From Neophaeotheca triangularis (Eukaryota): a stretch of 64,000 nt of DNA. The notes beneath the pieces were generated by a model. That model was not told the DNA's origin and did no database searches. It saw only the letters and a list, made by a program, of their open reading frames with translations. Shown in pieces: positions 34,968 through 48,449 of this stretch. The stretch spans positions 124,001 to 188,000 of the forward strand of contig BAAIJX010000021.1 of assembly GCA_054600435.1 (NCBI GenBank), read 5' to 3'. Position 1 is the stretch's first letter. Each line of letters opens with the position of its first letter. A program made the translations under genes and the position numbers.

Positions 34968-35987
34968 TCAAGTTCCCTCTGTGACTTTGCCGTGACCCTC
35001 GAGGCCATTCCACCAGGCCATGGCGCCTAATACAAACAACACTACCATTGCATCGCTTACGATCGTGGTGAAGATGCTCGCATACCTGCCCACAAGTCGG
35101 ATGTAGCCAGCATATGGTTCAGGCACAAACCCGCTGTTGGCAACCATAGCAATCATCCCGTTTCCCTGCAACTGCCCACGCTCCAAGAAGAATCTTGAGC
35201 TCTGCAATACTAGCTGTACAGTCGCGAAAATGACAAACAGTCCCGGTCCTATCCCGTACCCTCCATCTTCGGTGAAGGCGGATTGCCTGCGCGCCAACTT
35301 GCTACCGTTGAAGGTCGATGAAAGGGCAACGTAGGTGGCGATCGAGACGGCGAAAACAGCGTGCACGATGCGCCACACGTATGCAGAGCCTGATGGTGCC
35401 TTTTGCTGCTGGCCTCCTCCCATCATACTCTGCAACATCTGCGGAATTTGCGGCATCTCGCCATTTGCGTTGTCGCCTGCCATGTTAGGCATCTGACCCA
35501 TGAGTTGCTGCATCATCTGCAACATTGGATCCTCCTCGCCGCCAGATGTCGTTCCGCCGCCCGGGGCTTGACCACGCTGCTGTTGCGCTTGCTGCGCCTG
35601 CATCTGCATCACGGCCTGTTGAAGAGGATTGTCGCTAGGGGTTTGCTTCGTGCTCGGTGTGCCAGGGCCTGAGGATCTTGAAGCTGGAGTGTAGGGATGC
35701 GAGGATATGTCGACTTCTTCAGGGTCATCGTCCACGGTTGCGGCCTTGGAGGCTGGTTCCGCAGCTGCAGGCAGTGTCAGTACCACGGTCACATCTGGAT
35801 CTTATCGTTGTACTTTTAACATACGTCCACCAAGCACTTCCGAAGGCGGCGCGACTCCTCCGTTTAATCCTTTGATTTTCGCAAGCCTGTCCTCCCCGGT
35901 TGCTGCTAGCTTCGCATTTCGCTTTTCTCTTCGTAGACGCGCCTGTCGCTGGGTTGATGTCTCCTCTTCTGGGGCAGTGTCGGCCAT
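34968..35987 (-). CDS. GET2: GET complex receptor subunit
   Basis: N-terminal RQARLRREKRNAKL...GEDRLAKIKG, an M/Q/G-rich linker and three C-terminal hydrophobic helices; intron 35824-35765. Confidence 0.85.
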
Positions 35988-36322
35988 GGCTGAGGTAGAC
36001 GAATCCAGTCCGGAGGCTGTTCGCAGTAAGTCCGTAAGAGTCTATCCAAGATGCCTGTAACTTGTGCACGATGTACACTTAGACAGCTTGTGAGGTCGGG
36101 TGTTTGAAAGTGGGAGTGGAAGGTGGGGTGACGTAGAAGGCCGCCCAGGGTCAGAGTTGGTGCTGTTATTGGGTAGGTACGAATCAAGATACCGAGCCTG
36201 CGAGCATAAACCTGTCCTACTAGAGACCCGGCCCATTGATGAGAGATTCGGTCGCGGCGCTGCGCAATATCACACAGGTGAATACCACAATTACCAATCT
36301 TCTGCGTAGCAACCACGCTTCG

Positions 36323-37270
36323 ATGGCGAAATATAAAGGGGGGGGAAAGCCTGCTCAATCGAAGAAGCCACAACTCACACATTTCCTCTGCCTTCCACTC
36401 GTCAATCAAAAGTCACGCCCTCAATTAGAGGCCTCGTTCCAACGCTTCAAGGATGATGTTGTTGCGAAACCCCCCGGGACAAGCATCGCCAACAAGGATC
36501 ACGACGACGAAGCCCAACCTGCAACAACAGTAACCACAAAGGTACACCCAAAGGCCATTCGACCAATTGGAGCTCTACACTGTACCCTGGGGGTCATGAG
36601 CCTTAACGAGTCTCAGCTCAAGGAAGCCATTGACTGTCTAGACGCCCTTGACGTATCAAAGCTCTTGAATGATGCTGCGTCCTCGAACAACAAAGATGCT
36701 GAATCTTATGAGAAGAGAGGTACGGAGGACCCAATCGAATTAACATTGCGAGGGCTCGAGACGATGCACGCTGCAGAGAAAACGTCAATCCTGTACACTG
36801 CTCCTTCAGACCCATCCGAGCGCCTTCGACCCTTTTGTTTAGCCGTGCAAGACATCTTTCGATCAAAAGGGTTGTTGATTCCAGATGACAGACCCCTGAA
36901 GCTGCATGCTACCATCGTCAACACCATCTATGCAAAGGGAAATGCTCGACGACATCCCAAGCGAGTGGCAGAGTCCGCGAAGCCAGAGGCAGCGCCGCCA
37001 GGCGACACCACCGCACAAGCCTCAACCTCAGACGCTGCTCCCGGGAGTGCCGACGACAGGTCTCAAGGGCATGGACCAAACGCGAACGCACCGCTCAAGA
37101 TGAATGCAACCGGACTGCTTCAAGCGTACCAGAAGTTTGCATGGGCAGAGCACGTAGTCCTTGACAGAATAGCCATATGCGAAATGGGAACGAAGAAAAA
37201 GTATGACGAAGAGGGGAGGATTGTAGGAGAGGAATACAAGGAGGTTGCTACTATGAAGCTGCCAACGTGA
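36323..37270 (+). CDS. AKAP7-like 2H phosphoesterase (2'-5' RNA ligase-like)
   Basis: LTHFLCLPL, two HxT motifs (LHCTLGVM and KLHATIVNT), and IAICEMG near the C-terminus. Confidence 0.88.
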   Translation: MAKYKGGGKPAQSKKPQLTHFLCLPLVNQKSRPQLEASFQRFKDDVVAKPPGTSIANKDHDDEAQPATTVTTKVHPKAIRPIGALHCTLGVMSLNESQLKEAIDCLDALDVSKLLNDAASSNNKDAESYEKRGTEDPIELTLRGLETMHAAEKTSILYTAPSDPSERLRPFCLAVQDIFRSKGLLIPDDRPLKLHATIVNTIYAKGNARRHPKRVAESAKPEAAPPGDTTAQASTSDAAPGSADDRSQGHGPNANAPLKMNATGLLQAYQKFAWAEHVVLDRIAICEMGTKKKYDEEGRIVGEEYKEVATMKLPT

Positions 37271-38542
37271 TAGCAGTGAAATCACAAGTCAAGTGTCAGG
37301 ATTGCTGGTTAACTTTGCGATTTATGATGCTCTCAGAAACCGCGACAACTTTTTTAGACCTGAGCTTGTGTCCGTGGTCGGAAGCAAATACTGTCACAAT
37401 GTGGTGTAGAGCTCTCGGTTCTCGCCTGACACAAGACCTGAAGACGAGAGCCTGGCCAACAGCAAGCTTCGCGCGGCAAAGGGCTGTGGAGGGCCCAAAA
37501 GCAGGCACTTCCAGGTCACATCCCAGCAAACTCAGTGACCAGCATTTGCACTGAATATATCCTCCAGGAAGATGTTGCCTCTCCGGTATCCAAAGACTTG
37601 CTAGCTTTCTCAAATTCCTTCGACTCTTCAACAAAAGTATGTAGGCAGCTATGGTTTTTCCCTCCCATCACAGCCCAACGGGCATAGAGGAACGATTAGG
37701 AATATAGCGCCCAGCGAATGCACCACAACGGCCGAGTTCACGAAGAACTACAAGACCGCGTAAAGTGCACCGCATCTTGCTCTCAGATCTGTCGACCGGA
37801 AATCGGCTCCATAGGATATAGGTGCGGGAGACTCCTTGATAGTGCGTCGAACTGTCGCAGCTCTCAACCATTGACCTGCGAGGCAGGAATGGGAGAGCTG
37901 GACACAGATCTGTGTTTTGCAGGAGAGAGAAGGAAAAGTCGAGATCAGCTTTGAGGTTCGAAAGTTTTTGGGGTTGCTTCGGTCGCCAAGACTGATGCCA
38001 CGCTAGTCCTCATGGGGGCTGTCACCGCGGCATGACTGCTATAGGGTAGGATGCAGCCGACGCTAGCGAATGGATGTCTGTACCATTGACAGCTGCAGCC
38101 GACTTGGGTTCAAAACCCATTACTACCTAGGTAGTATAGTCGAATAAAAACACGCATATCAATGGCACGAGTATGTGTGCTCAATGTCTTCAGACTAGCC
38201 CGATTGCTCATTGATCGTGTCTCCGTCATGATGAAGTTGTACGGAATACAGTATATGCTTCTTGCTCTATTATTACAGGCCCTCTCCACCTTGCTTGACG
38301 TTCAGCCGAGGTCCGTTTAGCTCGACATATAATGTGTATCTACTTTTACTGCTGGGACATATATCGAGCTCTCGGCAATGTTGTTGTACAACAATCAACT
38401 ACATAATCCTTCCAATGCTCGTGTAGGCCAACTTACTCATCATATTGAACCACGAAACTTGTCATAGACCTCACGCGACAAGCGCTTCCCTTTGCAATCC
38501 GTTGCATGTGTGCTCCTGCCGGCCATCCGCATTGCTACCAGG

Positions 38543-40595
38543 ATGTCGCCTATCCAGCGTTTACTGGTCCTCAATAGGTAAGACACGCCACTTGAATCCT
38601 TGCATGCTTCCTCTGATATCCTACTAGGGGCGAGATTGCAGCTCGTATAATCTCTTCGGCTCGCGAGCTAGACATTGAGACAATTGCTGTCTACACCGAA
38701 AACGACATTGGACATATCTACAACGCCACTCACGCCGTCCGCCTGAGCTCGCCCGCGGCCTACTTGGATATTGACGAGGTTTTATCGGTTGCTCGAGCCA
38801 ACCGAATCGATGCCGTTCATCCAGGCTATGGCTTCCTTTCAGAATCTCCCGAGCTAGCTCAGAGGATGGATGAGATGGGTGTTAAGGTGGTCGGACCTGG
38901 CCGCGACGTTCTGAAGCGCACTGGCGACAAGCTAGAAGCTCGCCTACTGGCCGTCGAATGCAACGTTCCAGTTTTACCCGCATTGACAGAGCCCACCAGC
39001 AGGGTTGACTCCGTCAAGGTATTCGCAGAGAAGGTAGGCCTGCCGGTCATGGTGAAGGCTGTCGACGGTGGTGGAGGACGTGGCATTAGATTGATACGCA
39101 AGTTTGGAGACCTGCAGAGTTTCGTTACGAGAGCGATTGAAGAGAGTCCCACAAGGCAAGTCTTTGCCGAGAAGGCTGCGGTTGATGGCTTTCGCCATGT
39201 CGAGATTCAGATCGTCGGTGACGGCCACGGGAATGTGACGCATCTCTGGGAGAGGGAGTGTAGTATACAGAGGCGGTATCAGAAGGTGGTGGAGCTCGCG
39301 CCAAGTACTGTGAACGACCGCCATGCAATTGCTCCAGTGATCGAGGCAGCTGTAAGAATGGCGAAAAAGGTACGCTTGCCGCCCCCATTGCGACATGTAC
39401 TTCGACTGACTCGGCGTTGTAGATACAATATCGATCACTTGGGACGTTCGAATTCCTGCTCAATCCAGCATCCTCGGAACACTACTTCCTCGAAATCAAC
39501 CCGAGACTTCAAGTCGAACATACCATCACAGAGTCGATATGCGCCACAGACATCGTAGCGGCTCAGCTACGCATAGCTCAAGGAGCGACTCTCGCCGAGG
39601 CAGGCCTGGATGCGACCAACGATCCTGGTCGAGCACCCGATCAGAGGTCAATACAGCTGCGAATCACAGCCGAGGACCCGGAAAAGAACTGGTCGCTCAG
39701 CATAGGAAAAGTTCAAGGGTTTCACTTCCCTTCAGGGAACGGTGTACGAGTGGACACCGCACTGGTCCATGGAGCGCCTGCCATAGTCAGTGCCGACTTT
39801 GACAGTGTTATTGCCAAAGTCATCATTACTGCTAGTACGTGGCCGGGCGCAGTCGCTAAAGCCAAGAGAGCATTGGAAGACACTGTGATCACGGGCGTGA
39901 CGACGAACTTAGCGATGCTACGTGCCATCGTCGCTAATCCGAGTTTCCTGGCCGGAGAATGCGACACCCAGTGGCTGGAAGCCCAGCACGACCAGCTCTT
40001 GCGGCAGAGCCGAGCCATCGCTGCTTCCACCAAGAACCCTTTCCACGGTCTCGCATCGCTGCAATCGTCGACTCCCTCGAGCTCAACCGTCTCTACAGCT
40101 TCCACACTCTTCCGCAAGGACGATGCATGGTCACTGACCCTTTCACCCAAAGGGCAAGGCGACGATCAGGAGCAAGCACAACACCATCTCCTCCTGACGA
40201 AGGTTCTACGCAACGACTTCCCAACGTCGCTAGCAGCCGAGATACAGTTCACGTCGCCCAACTCACAACCAGTCCCATACACCGTGTCGATGCAAGCTAC
40301 AAACGCTTCCGCCTCGGCTCTAAGCTCACAGCACCGTCAAGGTTCTACTGGTGACCCGTCACACGTTGTCGTGCCATTTTCTGGCAAGCTGGTGGAGGTC
40401 CTCGTAGACGAGGGCGACAGAGTCAAGAAGGGCGACGTGGTTTGTGTCATTAAGCAGATGAAGATGGAGTTGGAGGTCAGAGCGCATAGAGGGGGAGTTT
40501 GCAGTTGGGTCATGGAGGTGGAGGATGGAGAGGACGTTGCGGAAGGCATTTTGGCTGCTGTGCTTGATGAGGAGAAGAGGGAGGCAAAGTTGTAG
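38543..40595 (+). CDS. Biotin carboxylase plus biotin carboxyl carrier (acyl-CoA carboxylase alpha-type subunit), C-terminal AKL
   Basis: LLVLNR|GEIA, HPGYGFLSES, KAVDGGGGRG, ERECSIQRRYQK, FLEINPRLQVEH, RITAED, KQMKME biotinyl-lysine motif. Introns 38578-38627 and 39370-39422. Confidence 0.93.
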
Positions 40596-42662
40596 GTTCA
40601 AAACGATTCAATTATCTATGGGAAAGTTCCCATGCGCAATTCAATTCTTCCATCACCCGGGCATCCATGCTGGAGCGGACCAAGCCAAATGCCTGACCAG
40701 CCGCGCTGCGTCTAACCACGCTCTTTCGCGTTGCGTGTGACCTCGCGCTACTGGTCCTGGTTGAACATGTAGTTGCCCACCCGATCCAGAATCTCGGCAC
40801 TATGCCTTTCCCCAGCAACTACCAGCCTCTGCCACGCCTGCAGGGGGATCCCCTCATTGTACGCCTGGGCGCGCGAGGTTCTGGACGTACTGGGCCGACC
40901 AGCTTCCTCATGGTTCCCGAACTTGGCGCAAGAAGTTGTTGTTGGTGACCAAGAGGTAGCCGGGCAAAGTTAGAAGGTGGTCCGGTGTGCCAGGGGCAAT
41001 GCTATCGCGGACGGTGGTGCCAGGCATTGGGCTTCTAGGGATGGCCGTGATGAAAATTCGGGAGCGCGTGGGTTGAGTGCCGAGCTCTCTAGAAGCTGGC
41101 TTGAAGATGCATCCGGGGTGACGGGCAAGAGAGCAGTGGCGACGGGGCTATCGATTGACGGAAAGCAGAAAAAGGCGAATGGTGAGAATGTAGTAAAATT
41201 CAGCTGGAGGAGGAAATGGGCATGGAAACTTGTCAGGCCCAGGCTAACGCTAAGCGGGCGATGAGAAAATCGTCACCAAGCCCGGCAGAAAGTTGGTGAA
41301 GTATGCCGATGATGCGTCCGGCCTGCTCTCGATTGAACAGGGCCGCGCCGATGCGATCGACTAAGTCCACCGGGAAGGAATCGCGAGAACGTACAAAAGC
41401 TTGCGTAGCGAGTCGTTGATAGTCTCTGTATTTGGATTGTATTCTACCCTAAGCCAGCCTCATGGGCCCATTCTCCACCGCATCGCCGTACTTATACGGT
41501 CGATGATGTCCGCAAGCGCGTCTTCTCCAGCAACAAGCAGGCGCTGCAAAGAGACACCCATGGCGGGGACAGCTTCTCCACGCCACACGTCTTGCTGCGC
41601 TTGTCCTGCAGGGCCAGGGAGTGCCGGGTCGGACATGTTGCCGCGTGCGCGAACTGCTTGAAGAATAGCACGATTCTGTTCGTGCGTGTACCCCTGGTAT
41701 AGAGGATCCAAGAGCGGGACGGTGTCTGCAGCAAGTTCGAGGCCTTGCTATGTAGTGGTGCCCGGCGAGGACCGCGGCGCAAGGGTTCCTCGATGGACGA
41801 CCGGGAGGAGAAGTCTTGTGCATTGGGCTCCAGATTTTATCCTGTGGAGGCTTACATTGAGGTCTACAGGGGCGTTGCCGGGATGGTCCTTGGAGTGTTT
41901 CTTACACTGCGGTGCACAGCAACGATACCAGCTGCCGCTTAAGTGACAAAGGTTCGGAGTGTCTGCTTGGACTTGTTAGATCGGCTCTGTGTTGATCTGT
42001 TGATCGAACTTTTCGTGAAGCATACGTGTGAACCCGAGAAGTGCTGGGTTGGATGAGGACGGGAGCCCGTATGCTGGCCATCAACGAAGCGCTGAAACAA
42101 TGAGTCCATGTTTTGCTGATGTGTGCAGTATCATAGTTACGGAGGGGCGAGAATGCTCGTGAGTGGTGCTGGCGTCGTCCGCTGACCTCAAGACATCATT
42201 CTTTAATACTTTAGAAAGAGCATGGTCTCTAGTGGCTGTATGGACGTTTCAGCAAAGCGCAACAGAGACAAGATATGTACACATAACAGCTTGCGTCCAG
42301 AGGATAGGGAACCTGAGAAAAAAAAATCCAGATTGTGCCTTTCTACGACAATGTTTGCCAAACGGACCATGGAATAAGGACGACCATTAGGGAGCTGGGA
42401 CTCCACCTGCCTGCTATAGTGTTCCGGCATTGTCTTGTTGTGAACTGTACATGCTCAATGAGGTGCGGTGGTACTCACGTCCTTTGACCCATTGAACCTC
42501 ATCCTAACGCCCTGTAGTGTTGTCACAATAAACCCTTCCGAATTAGCTTTGGACAAAGCCGGCTCGCTGCCCTACTGCAGAGTCTCTTCGTTGCACCTTT
42601 TGCAGAATAGCTGGAGAAGGTTCGGCTGGTGCCCAGCTGCATTCGCCGTAGGGTTGTTTCAT

Positions 42663-43440
42663 CTATCGCTCGAGGTTACTAGCTGCGAGTTGACGGACGA
42701 CTAGATCTTCTTCGCCAAGGCCCCTGCCTGCGGAAAGGTCCGTTGCTCCCGGAACTCCTTGGGTTGGTGGAAATTCCGGGGGAAAGGTTTGCTTGTAGGG
42801 AATACCAGGCTTCAAGTACAAGATCAGACGGAAAGCGGTGTTTCCGTTCAGATAGTAGCGGTACAGACGCTTTGTTCGAAGGAATCCGAGGTTCTCGTAT
42901 ATTCGTAGAGATGGTAGATTGTCTACCTCCGTCTCCAGGGCAATCTGAAAAGGAATTAGTAACTTGCAAAAAGGCTGGTTGGGAGAAAGAAAAATACTTC
43001 GTCTGCGTCTTTAGCTACCATAGCATCTACAGCCTTTTTAACCAGGACTGTGGCGATACCGCAGCCACGGTATTCCCCTTTGGTCGCCAACATGGCAATA
43101 TAGCCTCGCATGGGCCCTCCTCGATGCGGCTCAAGTTTGCAGACGATGACACCGATAAGCCTTTGATCGGGGTCTAGTGCCTGCACGAGGGATTAGAGTC
43201 ACATCATGTTGTTTTTCTATTGTGTTCAGAGCTTACCATGAAGCAAAGATCTCCCCATTGGTACAGGAAGTACCTGTAAACATAAATGCTGTAAGGTTCC
43301 GACAAGTCTTTGGAGATGAGCTCGCGGATGGCGGGCAAGTACGGGGACTCCTTTTCGTCGCCATAAGAGACGTAATGGAGACTGTCGGCCTTGTCGCGCA
43401 TTTCGTCGGAAACGGCATGGTTTGGCTTATCGTTGATCAT
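42663..43440 (-). CDS. MAK3: NatC N-terminal acetyltransferase catalytic subunit (Naa30)
   Basis: [26 protein letters not shown]...[17 protein letters not shown]...[22 protein letters not shown]. Introns 43236-43181 and 42997-42945. Confidence 0.95.
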
Positions 43441-43817
43441 CCTCGCTGTTGGAATATGTCGAATGGGGTCGGTTGACGCTGACAATCGATCACTCGCGCG
43501 GATGACACTTGAATGTTCCACAGCAGGTAGCGAGGGGCCGCATAGCTTTACACCATCAGAGAACTCGAGCTGTCGGGGCGCGAATTGACGTATCAGCGCA
43601 AAAGAGAGAGAGAGAGAGGGAGGTGAGGTCCGAATAGGCAAATAGGCATATCAAGAAGCTGCGGTTTCTTGCCAAGCCACGCGAGTCAGCGGATCAGACA
43701 TGCGACCACCCTTGATCTCGACAAGACGCGCTCTACTTAGTTACCTACTCTTGTTCGAAATAACGCATTACTCCCCCGCATCTCCTCAGAACGACTGTTG
43801 CTGTGCAGTCGCTCAGT

Positions 43818-45866
43818 ATGTCGACACTGAGGCGACGCATCTTTGGCTCGTCTGGTACGCCAGAGAGCACGCCAGACGTTTCGAGAGACGCAAGTCCTGC
43901 GCCGCCTGGCGCAGAGAACAGCGATGACTTTCGCCTCGTCTCCGCTAAGAAGCTCGAGCTACTGAGGGAGAAAGTGCACAATCAGAAGGTCAAGGGCAGG
44001 AAGAGGCGGAATGCTTGGATCTTCGGTCTCGGCGGGTTGTTTGGCGTGCTGATGGCTGGCTTTTTTGCGACACCCAACGATACCATGAACAATCTGGTGG
44101 AGATGGCGGGCTTGAACGATCTGAAGCTGGACAGTATTATGGATGTTCTACCCGCTGGTTTGATCCGGGATGTCCAAGAATTGCAGGTGAGTCGCGTTGC
44201 TTGGGCCAGCTCGTCTGACACCAAGCTGATGTTGACCGAGGTGTCGTTCGTAGAGTAGTGAGAAAGAAGCCGTCAACTACGATTCCTTTTCCGTCGGCCT
44301 ACATGCTCGGAGCCAGGGTGTGGCAGCGAAGCACCCAGTCATTATGATACCCGGCGTCATCTCCACCGGTTTGGAGAGCTGGGGCACTGAACCAGCCAGT
44401 AGACAGTACTTTCGCAAAAGGCTATGGGGTTCATGGAGCATGATGAGAGCACTAGTGCTTGATAAGGCAAGTTGGAAACGACACATTATGCTTGACAAGG
44501 ATACCGGACTCGACCCTCCCGGTATCAAGCTACGGGCTGCTCAAGGCTTCGACGCCGCCGACTTTTTTATCACTGGCTACTGGATCTGGAACAAGATCCT
44601 CGAGAACTTGGCCACCATTGGCTATGATCCTACCAATGCCTTCACTGCATCTTATGACTGGCGTATGAGTTATCTCAATTACGAAATCCGCGATCAATAC
44701 TTCACCCGCCTAAAGCACCATATCGAACTTGCCAACGAGATCCAGGGGCTCAAGGTCGTGCTTCTCAGCCACAGCATGGGTAGCCAAGTGTTGTACTATT
44801 TCTTCCACTGGGTCGAAGCCGAAGGTTACGGCAACGGCGGCCCGTCTTGGGTGAACGACCACATTGAATCCTGGATCAACATTTCGGGCTGCATGCTAGG
44901 AGCGCTCAAAGGCGTACCTGCAGTTCTCAGCGGTGAAATGAAAGACACTGCTCAGCTCAATGCTTTTGCTGTCTATGGTTTAGAGAAGTTTCTCAGCCGT
45001 AAAGAGCGCGCGGAGATCTTCCGCGCTATGCCGGGTATCAGTTCGATGCTGCCGATGGGCGGCGACGCCGTTTGGGGCAACAGGACATGGGCGCCTGATG
45101 ATCAACCCGGCCAGAACCAGAGCTTTGGCGAATTTATGCACTTCAAACAGGTCAACGGCTCGAGGACACCTGGTAATCTGACTGTGGAGGAGACCTTACC
45201 CTACCTCTTCTCCACCTCGGAAGAGTGGTACAAAGATGCCACCACGAGCTCCTATAGCTTTGGTGTCGCACACACTACGAAGGAGGTTGAAGACAATGGC
45301 TTGATCCCCGCCAAGTGGACCAACCCGCTCGAAACCCGTCTGCCTCTTGCCCCTGACATGAAAATTTACTGCTTCTACGGTATCGGCAAACCTACAGAAC
45401 GCGCCTACTACTATCGGGAAGACCTTGATCCAGCGAGCGGAACGAATGTCACCATTGATACCCGTGTCTCTTCGCCGGATGGCTCGATAGATCACGGAGT
45501 AGTCATGGGCGAGGGGGACGGCACCGTCAACTTACTGAGTAGCGGGTATATGTGCAACAAGGGATGGAACATGAAGCGGTACAATCCTGCGGGCATCAAG
45601 GTGGTACCCTTTGAGATGCCTCACGAACCTGACAACTTTAATCCACGAGGCGGTCCGAACACTGGTATGAATGTTCTATTTAGCAGTACCCATGCCCATT
45701 ACTGACGTAGCACGATGCAGGTGACCATGTTGATATCCTTGGGCGTAGCTCGCTTAACGATTTGATATTGAGAGTGGCTGGCGGCAAGGGCGATCTAATC
45801 GAACCTACGATTTTCAGCAACATCAAGGAGTATGCGGAGAAAGTAAAGATCTACGAGGAGGAATAG
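43818..45866 (+). CDS. LRO1: Phospholipid:diacylglycerol acyltransferase
   Basis: HPVIMIPGVISTGLESW, YFRKRLWGS, YDWR, SHSMG lipase motif, GEGDGTV, DHVDILGRS. Introns 44187-44253 and 45665-45720. Confidence 0.96.
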
Positions 45867-48449
45867 TCGTCTTGCGCGATGGCGAGTTTTGGCGGGTGCT
45901 TGGGGCTTAGCCCATGCATTAAGAGATGCCTAGGAATGCGGAACGGCCTATGATACCACAAAGTGCGTACGCCCGAACAGTCTGACTCGGGGCTGACATC
46001 CCAAGTGGCTGCGACAGCTACACTTCGGCCTCCTCAGAGTCTTGCAAAGGCCTTGAGGATCAAGAGGGAATTACAGCACCTTCTTTCATATACGAGCAGA
46101 ACCTGCCTTCTCTCTGGAGGCCTATGCCCGTCTGGGAGCTGTTGGCTTTGGCATCATGCTTTCTACTTAGAGAAATGACTTGACGTGCCCATGGTCGCTC
46201 AAAAGGCTCCAGAGCGGACGGCGACACGTTTCTGGACCTTTCCGGTGCATACTGTCCGTCCTTAAAGACAGCATTTAAACAGGTACATCTATAAATCTCT
46301 CCGCTCATTCTCTTCAGCAAGCTTTGACCTTTCCTACTTCATACTACTTTTTTCAAAACTTCACCTCCCGTCGCGAGCTTCGGCCCATCGATTTTCCGGA
46401 GCATGTCCCCTCGTTTCAAGATCACACCTTACTACTACGCCTTTGGTGCGCCGAGGTCCATACCAGCATTCCATGAGTATACGAATCTCCGTCTTCGGAA
46501 CTGCAACACACATACCAGTCAGTATACACGGCAGTGTCTACCGGTATGCTTTCATCAGTGTTCTTTCGCCTTTCCGTACCACATCAGATTCGGCCGATAC
46601 TGACAGTCAGCAATAACAGACTTGCTTCCTAACAGGTTCTTTCCTCTCTTGGCTACAGTCCCAGCACTGGTAGGTTCTGATCGACGTTTTGTCGGAAGAC
46701 AGGTAGGCTGACCATTTCGACAAGTCGCAGCAGGATCAAAAGGAGCGGTCACAGCTATGTCGGAAATACGAGGGATGATTTCGAGAGTTCTTGGGCGACT
46801 GCAGGTGAGTCTACCCAGCAGCAGCATCCTACCACAAGAACTTCTACTGACAAATGACATAGACCCGCACTTCGCCGCTTGAATAAGCCTCAGACCCGTC
46901 CACTAGGCTTCATGCTCAGCTGGACGGTTCCTCCGCCCCTCCCTTGAATACCGCGCAAAGCCCGCCAGAGGTACGACTTTGCTACAACATCAAATTACCG
47001 AAGACACCCTAACATCAAAAGGCCCCTCAACAGGCTCCTCATGCAGCTTGAAACCAGGCACTTCTTTCTCGGGCTATCAACCCTGACATTGCACCATCCC
47101 CAGCCCCAACTTCCGCCCTGAGGCCGCCATCTCGCTTCCACACATTCCTCCAACGAGCTCCCCAACTCCTCCCTTGCAACATGGATTGCCCCTGTTCATG
47201 GTCAAGAACGTAGCATGGCGGAGGAAATGCTAGCTCGCGGACCACGCACGCCTTCTCCTGAACCAGTGTTGTTAGGGGGCACAGACTACGACGGGCTTCT
47301 TCCCCCGGACGATGATAGCGAGCACCATCGGCGGTACCTGCGCCGAGGCTGATGCGCAAGGTGCCAGTCAAGACATGGGAGAGTCACACATGGGAGAGTC
47401 ATATGACATATTACATGACATAAGCAAAAGCACGTGCACACATGCACTTAGCAAGCTTGCCTGTAGATAGCTTAAGAGAAACACATTTTTATGACACTTC
47501 GATATCAGGGGCCATTGTGCTGAGGGGAAGCTTTGTCTAGCAGCCAGGCTTGGAGGGGTACGAGCAGGAGGAACAAAGGGCTATACAGGTCGAGGAGCCG
47601 CCGCTTGTTGGGGAAGAGCCGCCGATGATGGTCGGGGACCGTAGGATGGTGTCGGAGCCTGCGTGGTAGAGTAAGGGTGGCGTTCATAAGGACGAAGAGG
47701 CTCGAGACGAGCATGGTCTCGCTTTGCGACGCGTTTCATTCTATCGACCGATCTGATGTGGCTTTGGAGTTGGGCGTTAGGGGGGTCTTCATAGTCGCGC
47801 TATGGCTGGTTTCGATATTCGCGTTCCTATGACATCGTCCGATTAGGACATATTCGTTCACCGTCAGCCGAAATGCGTGCTCACTATAGCAATGCTTGAA
47901 AAGACTAGACGAGCGTCACCCCTTGTTGTTTTCTCCTTCTCGATGTATGTTCTCTTGCAAGAGGCTGCTTCTGGCTGTCTCTGGAAAACTCTCATCGCTG
48001 TCTTTGTCCGGGGGCAGAGACGACGGCGTATCTAGCCAATTCGAATTCCATTGATTCTAGAACGTTGATTGTCTTGCTTTTCGTTTTACAAGAGTTCTGC
48101 AGGTGTATAAAACTCCCCCCTTCTCCGTGCATTCTTCAAAGCATCTATCGATCACCGTCATGCTTCGCCTCTACTTCATGCTTCTTCTTATACTTCACCT
48201 GCCCTTGGCGCTAGCCCCGGCCCGTTGTTTTTCCGCTATGATCCCTTTTCTATAGCAACTACTCAGGCAGGAAAGCCTGCTACCTCCTCCCTCACACAAG
48301 ACAACAAGCTTTTGGCCACTCCCACAGACAGAGCAAGAGCTTTACCCACACCGCATTATAACACCAACGATTGCTGTAAATATCTGGCATGCACCTACAC
48401 TCACAAGACTAGAGAGAGACACTCATTGCTGACCACCTCACAGCCTTCC

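Noticed and set aside
36323..37270. Functional link between the 2H phosphoesterase and the long-intron tRNA
   Set aside because: About 27 kb apart with many unrelated genes between; purely speculative.
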